Shown: positions 41,423 through 52,176, counted from the whole stretch's first letter. The stretch: DNA of 61,899 nt, filler included, from 5 parts of 5 records of this genome joined end to end with filler, not necessarily neighbours in it; one strand, 5' to 3'. Notes: generated by a model from the letters alone, not told the origin. Made by a program: numbers and translations.

Positions 41423-41938
41423 ATGAAAATCAAAGACCTGATGACTCCGGTAGAGGATTACCAGACCCTTGGTCTGGAAGCCTCTCTGAGCGACGTCGTG
41501 AGTGCCTTGCACGACAGCAAACATCGCGACATCCTCATTGTGGATGAAAACGATGCCTTTGCAGGTGTGGTGACCATGACGGACATCATCGTTGCGCTGG
41601 AACCCAATTACAAGAAGCTCAACAAAACCGATCTGGGCAGCGACATTCTGTCCAACCGATTTGTGGCCGAACAGTTCAAGGAATTCAATCTCTGGACCAA
41701 CACCCTGACCGACCTCTGTGGCAAGAGCATCGATCTCAAAGCCAAGGACGTCATGCATGTCCCCGAAGACACTCATTACATAGATAAAAACGGCGATTTG
41801 GAGCATGGTGTACATCTATACATCATTGGTGCTCCCCAACCCCTGATCGTCCGTAGTAACGGCAAAGTGGAAGGTATCCTCCGCATGGCCGATGTCTTTG
41901 ATGAAATCATTAATCGCATGAGCGCCTGTGCCGGCTAG
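41423..41938 (+). CDS. CBS domain protein
   Basis: KIKDLMTP, VDENDAFAGVVTMTDI, KAKDVM, GKVEGILRMADV; RBS GGAGGAAGG before ATG 41423. Confidence 0.88.
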   Translation: MKIKDLMTPVEDYQTLGLEASLSDVVSALHDSKHRDILIVDENDAFAGVVTMTDIIVALEPNYKKLNKTDLGSDILSNRFVAEQFKEFNLWTNTLTDLCGKSIDLKAKDVMHVPEDTHYIDKNGDLEHGVHLYIIGAPQPLIVRSNGKVEGILRMADVFDEIINRMSACAG

Positions 41939-41962
41939 GCCTTGGTGAACAAGGAGATAATC

Positions 41963-42273
41963 ATGGAAACAGCTCAAGCTGCCAAACCCGCATTCGACTG
42001 GAAACGCCTGGTGTTCATGCTCCTCGGCGTCGTACTCTTCGCCGTTGTCTATTTTGCCCCAGCCTGGCCGGACGCCATTGACCCCATGGGTCAACACTTT
42101 CCCCTGCCCACAGAAGCAAAAGGCGCGATTGCCGTCTTTCTGCTAGCTGGTACATGGTGGGTATTTGAAGTCGTCCCCATCGGCGTCACTTCGTTGATGA
42201 TCGGTATTCTTCAGGTCATGTTCCTGATTCGCCCAGCCAAAGTGGCGTTCAAGGATTTCATGGATCCGTCCGT
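41963..42273 (+). CDS. SLC13/DASS family transporter, N-terminal fragment
   Basis: WWVFEVVPIGVTSL motif; RBS AAGGAG; truncated by the gap. Confidence 0.8.
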
Positions 42274-42373
42274 NNNNNNNNNNNNNNNNNNNNNNNNNNN
42301 NNNNNNNNNNNNNNNNNTTAATTAATTAANNNNNNNNNNNNNNNNNNNNNNNNNNNNNNNNNNNNNNNNNNNN
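42274..42373. other. Artificial contig junction
   Basis: N spacer with TTAATTAATTAA. Confidence 0.98.
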
Positions 42374-43977
42374 TACGCCCTGAAAGCCGAACCCCAGGCA
42401 TGGTTGGTGCAAACCGTCCGGCCTTCGCCGCGAATGTTGGGAATGTTATACCCGGCCCCTATGAACTGGGCGCCGCGAAGGGTCAGCAAGTCGCCGAATT
42501 CCGAATAAGGGCCGTGATCCACGGACCAGTCCGATTCCATGGCCAACAGCTTGCCTTCCTTGTCGGCCGCATATCGCATATTGACAAAGAACGGCGAACG
42601 CTTTCCGGTATAAGTCATCTGCTGATGGTAATTATAACGCAGGAAAACCGGCTTGCCCGCGGCCAGGCAGGCCACCCCGACCAGGGCTTCCATGGTCGGG
42701 CTGAATTTGTACCCGAACGTTCCGCCGGCCGGGTTCTGGATCATGACCAGGTTTTCAACATCCACGCCCAATCCGGCCGCGATCATGGCCGCGTGAAGCC
42801 CCAGGGCGATCGACTTGGAATGGATGTGCAGCTTTCCGTCTTCGTTCATGTACGCGCAGCCAACGTCCGGTTCCATGGGCATGTGCGGCTGACGCCCCAC
42901 GAAAAAATCGTCTTCAACCACTACGTCGGCCTGGTCGAAAACAGGTCCGGTTTCCTCGCCCTTGACGACCTTTTGGACAAAATAGACATTGGGCGTGCCC
43001 GGATGGATTTCCATGGCGTCCTCGGCCATGGCCGCTGGAGCACTCATATAGGCCGGCAATTCTTCAAGTTCAACCTTGACTTTTTTCGCGGCCGCCTTGG
43101 CCTGGGCTTCAGTATCCGCGCATACAATTGCGATGGCGTCGCCGTACTGGTAAACCTTTTCATCGCAAAGTATCGGGCGATCCCAGCCGTCTCCCAGGTT
43201 TGTCGGGAATGTAATCAGGCCGGTGATGCGGTTTTTGCCTTTTATATCCTTGTGCGTGACCACCTTGTGCACGCCCGGCATGCTTTCGGCTTCGGAAACG
43301 TCAATGGAAATTATATTTGCGTGAGAAACCTCGGCCTGGACCAGGGCGAGCTGCAATGTGTCGGGAGGCATTTTAAGGCCCAGGTCGGCGCCGTAATCCA
43401 ATGTACCGGTGACTTTGGCCGCGGCCGAAGGCCTGGGATGCTTACCGCCCCAAATCCGGCCGTCTTCCGGGATCTTGTACATTAAATCATCAGCTTTCAT
43501 TTCACCGTTCATTACCTTGGCCGCATCCGTGACCGCGTCGACCAACTGCTTGTAGCCCGTACAGCGGCAGGCGTTGCGGTGAACCTGAAACCAGTCCCTG
43601 ATTGCTTCACGATCAGGATTGGGATTTTCCGCCAACAGGGCCTTGGCCGATACGATAAAGCCGGGACTGCAAAAACCGCACTGGGCGCCGCCGTGGACTA
43701 TCCAGGCCAGTTGTATAGGATGCAGGTTGTCCGGGGTTCCCACTCCTTCAATAGTAATGATTTGTGCATCGTCAGGCACCTTGGACATCTTGGTGACGCA
43801 TGATCGCACCAGCTTGTCGTCAAGAATGACGTTGCAGCAGCCGCACTGTCCCTGCCCGCATCCGACCTTGGTTCCGGTCAGGCCCATCTGCCCGCGCAGC
43901 ACATTGGCCAGGGAATCTTCCGCAGCCGCAACCACTGTTCTGGGGATGCCGTTTACCATGAGGATCTTTTTGATCAT
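42374..43977 (-). CDS. mop: Molybdopterin aldehyde oxidoreductase (Mop type), C-terminus truncated
   Basis: Two [2Fe-2S] domains (GCGQGQCGCC; QCGFC...NACRCTGY), GGTFGYK, GKRSPF, WGSAFR. Confidence 0.95.
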
Positions 43978-44035
43978 TTTCGCCTCCTACATAAAATAGT
44001 GATAGAGTTATGTAAAAATTGAATCCCCGACGCTG

Positions 44036-45091
44036 TTATTTGCCGAATCCGCAAAGAGGATAACGGCATTCCGGGCAGCCGGCGCAAAAGCCTCCGTGCC
44101 CCATTTTTTGTATGTCCTGCAGAGTTACTGTTTCTCCGGCCAGAATGCGCGGAACGACAAGGTCGAAAATGGTGGCTTTGTGATACATGACGCAGCCGGG
44201 CAGGCCGATGATCGGAACGTCGTTCTTGTAGGCCAACATGAACATGGCCCCGGGAAAGACAGGGGCGCCGTACGCGATCACATCAGCGCCCACGGCCCTG
44301 ATGGATGCCGGTGTCTGGTCGTCCGGATCCACGGACATGCCTCCGGTCACAACCACCATTTTCGCGCCTTCATCTATAAGTTCCAAAATGGCTTTAACAG
44401 TCATGTCCCGGTCGTCGGAAACCAAGACCTGGCGCATGACCGAACCGCCCAACTCGGAAAATTTCTTTTCCACAACCGGGCCGAATTCATCCTTGATAAG
44501 GCCTCCGTAAACTTCACTGCCGGTTGTGACCACGCCGATAGGCCACTCAGCCAGCGGCCTGACTTGAATGACCGGATGATGCTTTCGGCAAATTTCTTCC
44601 GCCCGCCTGACGTTTTCCTCTTCCACAACTAGAGGAATAACCCTGGTTCCGGCCGCGGCCCGCCCCCTTGGCAACGCCTGATTGGTGTGCAGCGTGCCTA
44701 ATACAACGTCCGGCACGGAATTGATAAGGTTGACGGCTTCAACATTAACCTTCAAAAGGCCTTTGCGTTCGGCAATGATGTTGACCCGGCCTTCGGATAC
44801 ATCGGATAACTCAAGACCCGGGCCGGCCGCGGCGGCGGCGATCCTCTCGGCGGCTTCATTCTCATGAACCATTCCCGGCTCTATTTCCAGGGCGTAAATA
44901 TGCTCCTTTCCGATTTCCAAAAGAAGAGGAACGTCCTCCTCGGTGATCAAATGGCCTTTTTTAAAGGCCGGCCCCTTGAATTCGCCCCGGACGATTCTGG
45001 TGACGTCGTGACACAGCACGGCGCCGATCGCCTCGCGGACCTGGAGAACCCTGGTCAACCCGCACCTCCATCTTAAAGTTGCATAATCCAT
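44036..45091 (-). CDS. MoeA-like molybdopterin-binding protein
   Basis: VLCHDVTRI, VTTGSEVY, TGGMSVDPDDQTP, YGAPVFPG, GLPGC, C-terminal CAGCPECRYPLC; start uncertain. Confidence 0.88.
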   Translation of the reverse strand: MDYATLRWRCGLTRVLQVREAIGAVLCHDVTRIVRGEFKGPAFKKGHLITEEDVPLLLEIGKEHIYALEIEPGMVHENEAAERIAAAAAGPGLELSDVSEGRVNIIAERKGLLKVNVEAVNLINSVPDVVLGTLHTNQALPRGRAAAGTRVIPLVVEEENVRRAEEICRKHHPVIQVRPLAEWPIGVVTTGSEVYGGLIKDEFGPVVEKKFSELGGSVMRQVLVSDDRDMTVKAILELIDEGAKMVVVTGGMSVDPDDQTPASIRAVGADVIAYGAPVFPGAMFMLAYKNDVPIIGLPGCVMYHKATIFDLVVPRILAGETVTLQDIQKMGHGGFCAGCPECRYPLCGFGK

Positions 45092-45144
45092 CCGTCCGCC
45101 GGAGACCTTCTGACAAATTCGTGATCTCTGGTTTAATACGATAG

Positions 45145-45301
45145 ATAATATGTCAAGAAAGATATTTTTGTCAACATGCTTTCGGTGTCTTGGGGTGAAT
45201 ACTTATCACGCTGATAAAAAACAATAATATAGATAGATGATAGTTGGGAAATGTTTGCTTTGAGATCGATTGAAAGATTTAAATTATCATAAATGATATA
45301 A
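45145..45301 (-). promoter_or_regulatory. sigma70-like promoter with two TATCA-N4-TGATA-type operators
   Basis: TTGACA (45174-45169), 18 nt spacer, TATTAT; operator TATCATAAATGATATAA at 45285-45301 and a degenerate copy at 45150-45165. Confidence 0.6.
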
Positions 45302-45553
45302 TAAAAATAGAATTGTTGCGAGTGTATCAAGCAGCAGTTTTGGCCTGCGGCCAAGAGAGGATGACCGGGCGGCCTGAATATCCCGATAAAGGCGCCCGGT
45401 CATATTTTAAGAGGATGTTTAAAGGCGGGAAGGCTAAGTGTACGTCTACTGGGCTCCATGTCGGGTCCGTAATGGACCATTCAGGCGTAAACCCGGTCAG
45501 CAAATAGGCGATCTGATACTGGCGAGGTTACGCCTGAAAACTTGTAATAACCA

Positions 45554-48214
45554 TTAAAAGGCCTGCTGGTATACCTCCAGCACTTCATTGGGATCCGTCA
45601 CCGGCCTGGGATTGAACAATACGCAGGGATCGACCATGGCGTGAAAAGCGCATTCGGCCAAAGACTCTTCCGGGACGCCCATATCTTTGAGGCTAATGGG
45701 GGCGCCGGCTTTCTTCATCAGCTTTTCAACCGCATCAGCCGCGGCCATGGCTGCATCGATCTTTTCCAGGCCGGCGATGTCCACGCCAAAGGCCTGGGCG
45801 ACCTGGACCAGGGCGTCGGTTGCATATTCCGCGTTAAAGCGCATAACCTTGGGCAGCATTATGCCGCAGGCCGCCCCGTGCGGAACGCCGTGCAGGGCGC
45901 CGACCGTATGGGCCATGGCGTGAGCCAGCCCGATGCCGGCGACTGAAAAAGACATGCCGGCCATGGTCGCGGCCGATTGCATGGCAAAACGCGATTCAGC
46001 ATTAGCGCCGTTATCGATCACAATTGGCAGGTGTTGGTTGATCAGCCTAATGGCATGCAGGCTGAGTCCGTCGCAAAGCAGGTTGGCGCGAGTGCTCATC
46101 ATGGCTTCGGTTGCGTGGGTTAGAGCGTCCATGGCCGTGGCCGCGGTCAATGCCGGCGGAAGCCCTGTTACAAAGGCCGGGTCCAGGAAAGCGACATCCG
46201 GATATATCTGGTTGTCTGAAATAAATACCTTTCTGTCCAGGGTGTTATGTCTGACCACGGCCGCATTTGTGGCTTCGCTGCCCGTGCCCGAAGTAGTGGG
46301 GATGACGATGTGCGGGACCGGCGACCTTGTCAGCCTGAAAAAGGCGTAATGATCGACTGCTTTTCCGCCTTCGCGCAGAAGCACGCTCAGCCATTTACCC
46401 GTGTCGATCACGCTGCCCCCGCCCACGCTGACGAGCACGTCCGCATCCACTTGCCTGGCAAACTCGGCTGCCGCGTCAATTGCGTCCAGTCCCGTATCCT
46501 GGGGAATATTGTCGTAAACGCCCACGCAGTAATCGCCCAGTGCCTTTTGGGCTTTATCCGCCAAGCCGGCCGCTCGCACGCCCGGATCGGTCAATATCAG
46601 GGCGCGTTTGCAGTCGAGCAACTGGACTTCATGGGCCAGGGCGGCAATGCTGCCTGGTCCGGCATTGATCTTGGTCGGAACAAGAAAGTTGTATGATGTG
46701 GATTTCGGATGGTCGAGCAGCATGCCGACAGCCATTTTGGATGAAACGTCTCCATGGGAAGCTACATGGACGCGCTTGACCTGGGTGTATTCGGCCAGGC
46801 CTTCGTGCCCCAACTCCCGGCCGACTCCCGATTGTTTGTACCCGCCAAACGGGCAGTAATCGCTCATGACGTGGTAGTCGTTTATCCACATGGTGCCGGT
46901 GCGCACTTCCGCGGCCAGGGCTTCGGCCCGGCCCACATTGGTGGACCACACGCCGCCGCCCAGGCCGTAGATTGAATCATTGGCAATGGCCGCGGCTTCC
47001 TCGTCGTCGTCAAACCTTATCACGCTGACAACCGGCCCGAATATTTCTTCCTGGGCGATTCGCATCTTGTTATGGACATTGGCGAATATGGTCGGCTCGT
47101 GATAAAAGCCCCCTTCCAGGCCGGGAGGGGCGACCCGGGCGCCGCCGTAAATCAGTTCCGCGCCTTCTTCCTTGCCGAGCTTCACATACATTTCAGTGGT
47201 CTGGCGTTGGGGTTCGCTGACCAAAGGCCCCATCTGGGAATTGGCGTCCAGTTGGTACCCGATGCGAATGTCCTTGACCCGCTTTAAGAGCCTTTCCATG
47301 AACTCGTCGTAAATCCTGGATTGAACAAGCAGCCGGGTGCCCGATTCACATATCTGGCCGCTGTGGAAGAACGTGCCGAACAGCCCGCCGTCTACGGCCA
47401 GGCTCAGGTCTGCGTCGTCCAGGATAATATTGGCCGACTTGCCGCCCAGCTCAAGGGTGACCATTTTAATGGTGTCGGCGCCCATTTTCATGATGGTTTT
47501 GCCCACTTCGGTGCTGCCGGTAAAAGCGATGCGGTCGACTTCCGGATGGGTGCAAAGCGTTTTTCCGATGGCCCCGCCCGAACCGGCGATAACATTGATG
47601 ACGCCCTTGGGAATTGGGCTGGCCTGGGCTATTTCGGCCATTATCAAAGCTGATATGGGGGTGTTGGTGGCCGGCTTCAAAACGATGGAATTCCCCATAA
47701 TAATGGCCTGGGCGATTTTCCAGAAGGCCATGGTCATGGGGAAGTTCCAGGGAATAATGCCTACGCAGACGCCCATGGATTCTCGCCGAACGTAGTTGCG
47801 GCCAGGGATGAATGGATTTCCCGGAACCGGTATTTCTTCCCGCCACGGGAATTCAGTGGCCGCGTAATGGGCCAGGTTGCGCATCAGGGCCGCGCCCAGT
47901 AGAACTTCTCCGCCGGTCCGGGCGACAATGCCCCCGGAATCCATGGATTCCATCATGGCCAGTCGAAGGGCCTGGTGCGACAGTCTGTCCGCGAATTCCA
48001 TCACCCGACGTGAACGTTCGGCCGGGTCGAGATCCTTCCAGCCTGAAGTTTCAAACGCTTTTCGGGCGGCCAGTATGGCTGCTTCAGCCTCAGCCTCGCC
48101 GGCCTGGGCCACTGTGGCAAATGGCAGGCCCGTGCCCGGGTCAATGGTTTCAAAAGTCCGCCCGTCGGCGGCGTCGACAAATTCACCGTCAATAAAAAGT
48201 CTGTAATGCTCCAT
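45554..48214 (-). CDS. Fusion of NAD(P)-dependent (non-acylating type) aldehyde dehydrogenase and iron-containing alcohol dehydrogenase
   Basis: N-half PWNFP, FTGST, LELGGKS, GQIC, EEIFGPV, PFGGYKQSG; C-half GGGSVID, PTTSGTGSE, DALTH, HAMAH..HG..HG. Confidence 0.92.
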   Translation of the reverse strand: MEHYRLFIDGEFVDAADGRTFETIDPGTGLPFATVAQAGEAEAEAAILAARKAFETSGWKDLDPAERSRRVMEFADRLSHQALRLAMMESMDSGGIVARTGGEVLLGAALMRNLAHYAATEFPWREEIPVPGNPFIPGRNYVRRESMGVCVGIIPWNFPMTMAFWKIAQAIIMGNSIVLKPATNTPISALIMAEIAQASPIPKGVINVIAGSGGAIGKTLCTHPEVDRIAFTGSTEVGKTIMKMGADTIKMVTLELGGKSANIILDDADLSLAVDGGLFGTFFHSGQICESGTRLLVQSRIYDEFMERLLKRVKDIRIGYQLDANSQMGPLVSEPQRQTTEMYVKLGKEEGAELIYGGARVAPPGLEGGFYHEPTIFANVHNKMRIAQEEIFGPVVSVIRFDDDEEAAAIANDSIYGLGGGVWSTNVGRAEALAAEVRTGTMWINDYHVMSDYCPFGGYKQSGVGRELGHEGLAEYTQVKRVHVASHGDVSSKMAVGMLLDHPKSTSYNFLVPTKINAGPGSIAALAHEVQLLDCKRALILTDPGVRAAGLADKAQKALGDYCVGVYDNIPQDTGLDAIDAAAEFARQVDADVLVSVGGGSVIDTGKWLSVLLREGGKAVDHYAFFRLTRSPVPHIVIPTTSGTGSEATNAAVVRHNTLDRKVFISDNQIYPDVAFLDPAFVTGLPPALTAATAMDALTHATEAMMSTRANLLCDGLSLHAIRLINQHLPIVIDNGANAESRFAMQSAATMAGMSFSVAGIGLAHAMAHTVGALHGVPHGAACGIMLPKVMRFNAEYATDALVQVAQAFGVDIAGLEKIDAAMAAADAVEKLMKKAGAPISLKDMGVPEESLAECAFHAMVDPCVLFNPRPVTDPNEVLEVYQQAF

Positions 48215-48302
48215 TGGTCGCTCCTGACTGTTCCGTGGATGTTCCGGGTTAGTGTTTTGGGGTAAATATTGAAATCTGTTTCCATCTGATTGTTCTATAT
48301 GA

Positions 48303-48431
48303 ATATCAAAAAAGATATAATACTATAAAAACCTGTCAAGACTGTAAATTGTAATAATATGTAACCATTAAAATATATTACGATGCGTTTCTTTGGATTT
48401 GATAAATCATATTATATCATAAATGATATAA
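48303..48431 (-). promoter_or_regulatory. Promoter region with two copies of the same operator
   Basis: Perfect TTATATCAT-AA-ATGATATAA (48412-48431); ATATCAAAAAAGATATAA (48303-48320) overlapping a TTGACA-16-TATCTT promoter. Confidence 0.65.
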
Positions 48432-48561
48432 AAACAAATAATTTTGTCCAGGAATGAATCTTAAAGAGGGCTCGCTTGTAAGGTGCTGATATGACTTTTA
48501 TATGCTGTGTAGTGGCAGGTTGGGTCAGCTCAGGGCTTCCCAATAATAGCCTTTAGGCGAG

Positions 48562-49854
48562 CTATGGCCGAATTGCCAGAACCATAATCATTAAAATCCC
48601 GAAAGCAAAGCCTATTGAAGCCTTGGGAAAGGGTTTGATAAGAAACCGGCTCAGGCCGTAACTCAAAACAAAGGAAGCAATTGATACAAGTCCGAATTTC
48701 ACTAATCCCGGAATGTTCGGCATGCTCATAAATATCAATTGCAGGCCGATGACAAATATATAATGCCCAAGGTAAATGTTATATGAGTGCGAAGCCATAT
48801 CCCGGCCAAAAGCAGTCGGTTTGTTCCAAAAACGGACAGCCATGGAACTGAAGAAGCCAAGCGTGGATATGGTCAGAAAATTCATTACCAGGAAATAGAC
48901 CGGCCCATATAGATCTTTAAAATCTTGCGGGCCGTGGATCATCAGATAGCGCACAATGAGCAAAGCGCTCAACAATAATACAAAAAGAACGCACCAGGTT
49001 TTGATATGGCCGGGAAACTTTCCCCTGATTATCCATTTATTACGATAGATAAGCACTCCCAGAGCGAAATAGATCAGGAAGAAAAATATGCGGGAAGGTC
49101 GAAACTGAATAATGTTTCCCAGGGTAAAGAGGGGTTCCGGCCCTGATGATTTCGGGCCGAAAGCCATTATTACGCCTATCATGGCGAATGAAAAAAATGT
49201 TGTTAAAAAACCGACCGCCAAAAACAGCTTAATCGTGGGCCAAATTCCTTGTTTAACGTCCGGGTGTGAAATTCCTTCAGCGTCAAACCAGTTTTTTTTC
49301 ATTTTGTAACTAACGGCGAAAATTAAAAACATCAGGATGAGCAGGGATAAAAACCACATGTATCGCTGGTAGAACCAGTTGTTCATCATTAGTTCATTCA
49401 TGGATGGAATAAGACCGATGTCAAATCCGAGGGCGTTATTCATTAGCTCAACCCAAAGACTCCCATAGCTTTTCGTTAAGGTAAATCCATCCCTGGTATA
49501 GTGGTAGACAAGCGGCAATATTGGACAAACCGTCAGTATGCAGACCAGCCAGGGGACGCCCAGTCTTTTTAATTTGCCCTTTAAAAAAGAAGCCGTACCC
49601 TTTTTTTGAATGCTCGGCAGGGCGAAATAACCTGAAACGAAAAAAAGAAGAGGCATGGTGAATGAATCGAAGAAAGTTGATAAGAATATAACCGCCAGGC
49701 TGAGGCTGCTGTCGGCGACCGGCCACCAATCCAGACCCCTGTAGGCGTTGCAGGCGTGTTCCATTACCACGCACAGAACGAAAAAGTAGCGCAGGTTGTC
49801 CAGGAATACTACCCTGCCGGAACTGCTTGCCATAGGCGCCGACATCAACTCCAC
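48562..49854 (-). CDS. Acyltransferase-3 family membrane protein (OpgC/MdoC-like)
   Basis: R..FLDNLR, H, MPLLFFVSGYF, KRLGVP, WFL, SYNIYLGH. Confidence 0.9.
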   Translation of the reverse strand: MELMSAPMASSSGRVVFLDNLRYFFVLCVVMEHACNAYRGLDWWPVADSSLSLAVIFLSTFFDSFTMPLLFFVSGYFALPSIQKKGTASFLKGKLKRLGVPWLVCILTVCPILPLVYHYTRDGFTLTKSYGSLWVELMNNALGFDIGLIPSMNELMMNNWFYQRYMWFLSLLILMFLIFAVSYKMKKNWFDAEGISHPDVKQGIWPTIKLFLAVGFLTTFFSFAMIGVIMAFGPKSSGPEPLFTLGNIIQFRPSRIFFFLIYFALGVLIYRNKWIIRGKFPGHIKTWCVLFVLLLSALLIVRYLMIHGPQDFKDLYGPVYFLVMNFLTISTLGFFSSMAVRFWNKPTAFGRDMASHSYNIYLGHYIFVIGLQLIFMSMPNIPGLVKFGLVSIASFVLSYGLSRFLIKPFPKASIGFAFGILMIMVLAIRP

Positions 49855-49982
49855 CGCCTTTCAAATAGAGGTTAAGACAGTATTTTCGTGAACCAATGTG
49901 AACTGGGAGCTTTATTAGCCGGCGCTAATCTTATTGCACTTATACACCTGACGTCAAAGAACAATTCATAGACGGCTTATAT

Positions 49983-50918
49983 TTATTTTACTGAACCGAC
50001 AAAAGCCTGGAAGGCCTGCCTGGTGTCGTAAATGAATTCATAGCCTGTATCCCGGATAAGTTTTTCATTTGACGAAATCCAGGGATTGACCATCATCCTT
50101 AAGGGCGGTGAAGGGAACTGAGTTATAAAAGACAGGCGCAAATGCCAGGCCAGGTTATTTAAAGGATATATCACGGACCAGGGCACGGGCAGGTAAATGT
50201 TGCCGAGCGCCTTAACCATTTCCTCAAAGGTCATGGTTCCGTTTCCTGTTACGTTATAAGCGCCGGACAACTCTTTTTCCAGCATCAGAACCATGATGTT
50301 GATCAAGTCGTCTTCATGAACAAACTGCCAGGGCAAAGAATTGGACGGCAGCATGACGACCTTCTTTTTCAAATGCTCGGCCATGGGATTCTTAAAGCCC
50401 GGGCCCACGACAAAGCAGGGCCGAACAATAGCCACGTTTACTTCAGGGTGCTTTGGGATGAACTCCTTAAAGATCCCCTCGATCTCTTTTTTATTTTTTG
50501 CGTAAGTAAAATCGTCGTTGCCCCGCAATGGGCTTTCTTCGGTAAGCGGCTGATCGTTATCCGGCCAGAAGCCGTAAGCCGTGGTTGAACTGGTATAGAG
50601 AATCCGCCTAATCCCGGTCTTGACCGCGGCCTCGAGAACATTCCTGGTCCCGCCTTTATTAATATCTTCCATCAGGCCCTTGTCGTGAATTGGAGGAAGC
50701 ACATAAGCGGTGTGCACTATGGAATCGATGTTTTTCTGCTCCAATATGTCATCCATGGGCTCTCTTATGTCTCGCTTTATAAACTCATATTTTTCATTTG
50801 TAATTGCCGATTCCTTTATATCCGTCCCGATGACTGCCTCCGCCCAATCTTTTTCCACTATCGACTCCACCATCCTGCCGCCGATATATCCGGCGGCGCC
50901 GGTAACCAGGATCCTCAT
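49983..50918 (-). CDS. Extended SDR / NAD-dependent epimerase-dehydratase family
   Basis: GAAGYIG, SSTTAYG, YAKNK, QFVHEDD. Confidence 0.9.
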   Translation of the reverse strand: MRILVTGAAGYIGGRMVESIVEKDWAEAVIGTDIKESAITNEKYEFIKRDIREPMDDILEQKNIDSIVHTAYVLPPIHDKGLMEDINKGGTRNVLEAAVKTGIRRILYTSSTTAYGFWPDNDQPLTEESPLRGNDDFTYAKNKKEIEGIFKEFIPKHPEVNVAIVRPCFVVGPGFKNPMAEHLKKKVVMLPSNSLPWQFVHEDDLINIMVLMLEKELSGAYNVTGNGTMTFEEMVKALGNIYLPVPWSVIYPLNNLAWHLRLSFITQFPSPPLRMMVNPWISSNEKLIRDTGYEFIYDTRQAFQAFVGSVK

Positions 50919-50968
50919 GATTCAACCTCCATAAGCATATTCATTGCATGGTAAAACTAACCTGGCGA

Positions 50969-51745
50969 TTATTTTGATTTGACGGTCAGCGTCTTTACTA
51001 TAAAGCGCCTTAAAAAGGGTAAAAGCCAGAAAGCCACGAAAAGCAGGTACGTGGCGCCGCCCACCCGCCAATGCAGCTTCTTGCCATGAACCGCTTTCCA
51101 AACAGTATTGGCGATATCGGCAGGCGTCAGGTTTACTCCCATTTTATCTATGCTGTAAACATCCTCGGGTACGTCCAGAAGAGGCGTTTTCACATAAGGG
51201 GCCACAATGTCGCAAACCACGATGCCGTATTTTTCCAACTCGATATCCCAGGCTTCAGTCAGGGCGCAGACGGCGTGCTTGGTGGCCGAATAAACAGACA
51301 GATCCGGTATGCCGTATATGGCCGAAGCCGAGGCCATGTTTATCAGGCGCGCCCCTGAAGCGGCCTTAAGATATGGTATGGCAAAGTGGGTGCAGTTTAT
51401 TACCCCCTGCAGGTTGACTGCGACAATCTTCTGCTTTTCCTCAAGGTCGACTTCTTCGTTATGACCAAATTTCAATACTCCGGCATTGTTGAAAAGAGCG
51501 TTCATTTTGCCGTCGGTCTTTTCGGCGTAAGCTTCAATTACTTCTCGCACATTTTCGGGATTTGTGACATCCATGACCCTGGAAAAGCAGTTGTCCTTCC
51601 CGATTTCTGTTTCCAGCGTCTCCAGCCCTTCTTCATTCATGTCTACAATGCCGACATACCAACCTTTTTCGGCGAACAAACGCGCTGTTTCACGCCCGAT
51701 GCCGGAAGCAGCGCCCGTAATTAAAATATTGTTTTTTCCGCTCAT
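50969..51745 (-). CDS. Classical short-chain dehydrogenase/reductase
   Basis: TGAASGIG, NNAG, YSATK. Confidence 0.93.
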   Translation of the reverse strand: MSGKNNILITGAASGIGRETARLFAEKGWYVGIVDMNEEGLETLETEIGKDNCFSRVMDVTNPENVREVIEAYAEKTDGKMNALFNNAGVLKFGHNEEVDLEEKQKIVAVNLQGVINCTHFAIPYLKAASGARLINMASASAIYGIPDLSVYSATKHAVCALTEAWDIELEKYGIVVCDIVAPYVKTPLLDVPEDVYSIDKMGVNLTPADIANTVWKAVHGKKLHWRVGGATYLLFVAFWLLPFLRRFIVKTLTVKSK

Positions 51746-51760
51746 AAATGCACTCCTCCA

Positions 51761-52147
51761 TCAGCTGTATTTTTTATAACTTGCAAGGAACTCGATAAAT
51801 AAAATCGAAAACAGCAGGTCCACAACGCCCGGGCCGATCAGGAGCAGGGAAATATTGCCGGACAGGGCGGCCCAGGTCAGTCCGACAAATACGACAATCT
51901 TGCCGACAATGCCCAGTTTGACAATGGCGTGATTTTGGCCCAGGTCCATCGACACCCAGAAATAGCCTACACCGAAGAGAAAGGCCAGGGCCAGGAACAA
52001 AAGGAAAAACACCGGGTACACCGGAAGCTTCATGCCGAAAAGGGGGAAAATCAACTTGTACCCCAGGGCGAATGACAGCGTGGCCGCCCAATTCCAGATC
52101 GCCCCGATGAAAAACATTTTTCTATAGTAGGATGCCTTGGGAATCAT
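51761..52147 (-). CDS. Small 4-TM membrane protein
   Basis: Four hydrophobic helices; likely start MIPKASY, just after the thiolase stop. Confidence 0.7.
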   Translation of the reverse strand: MIPKASYYRKMFFIGAIWNWAATLSFALGYKLIFPLFGMKLPVYPVFFLLFLALAFLFGVGYFWVSMDLGQNHAIVKLGIVGKIVVFVGLTWAALSGNISLLLIGPGVVDLLFSILFIEFLASYKKYS

Positions 52148-52176
52148 TGATAACTCCTTTACGGATGATCCGATTC

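Noticed and set aside
42400-43485. Long plus-strand ORF (361 aa) and similar shadow ORFs (12027-12725, 31353-32006, 33558-34331, 39249-40046, 53874-54689, 58275-59006)
   Set aside because: Antisense to well-supported genes and lacking recognisable motifs.
45361-45540. Two long inverted repeats downstream of the ALDH-ADH gene as a riboswitch or mobile element
   Set aside because: ATGACCGGGCG/CGCCCGGTCAT and TTCAGGCGTAA/TTACGCCTGAA are adequately explained as terminator-like hairpins; no Moco riboswitch consensus could be confirmed by eye.
45554-48214. Calling the fusion adhE
   Set aside because: The N-terminal domain carries non-acylating ALDH motifs.
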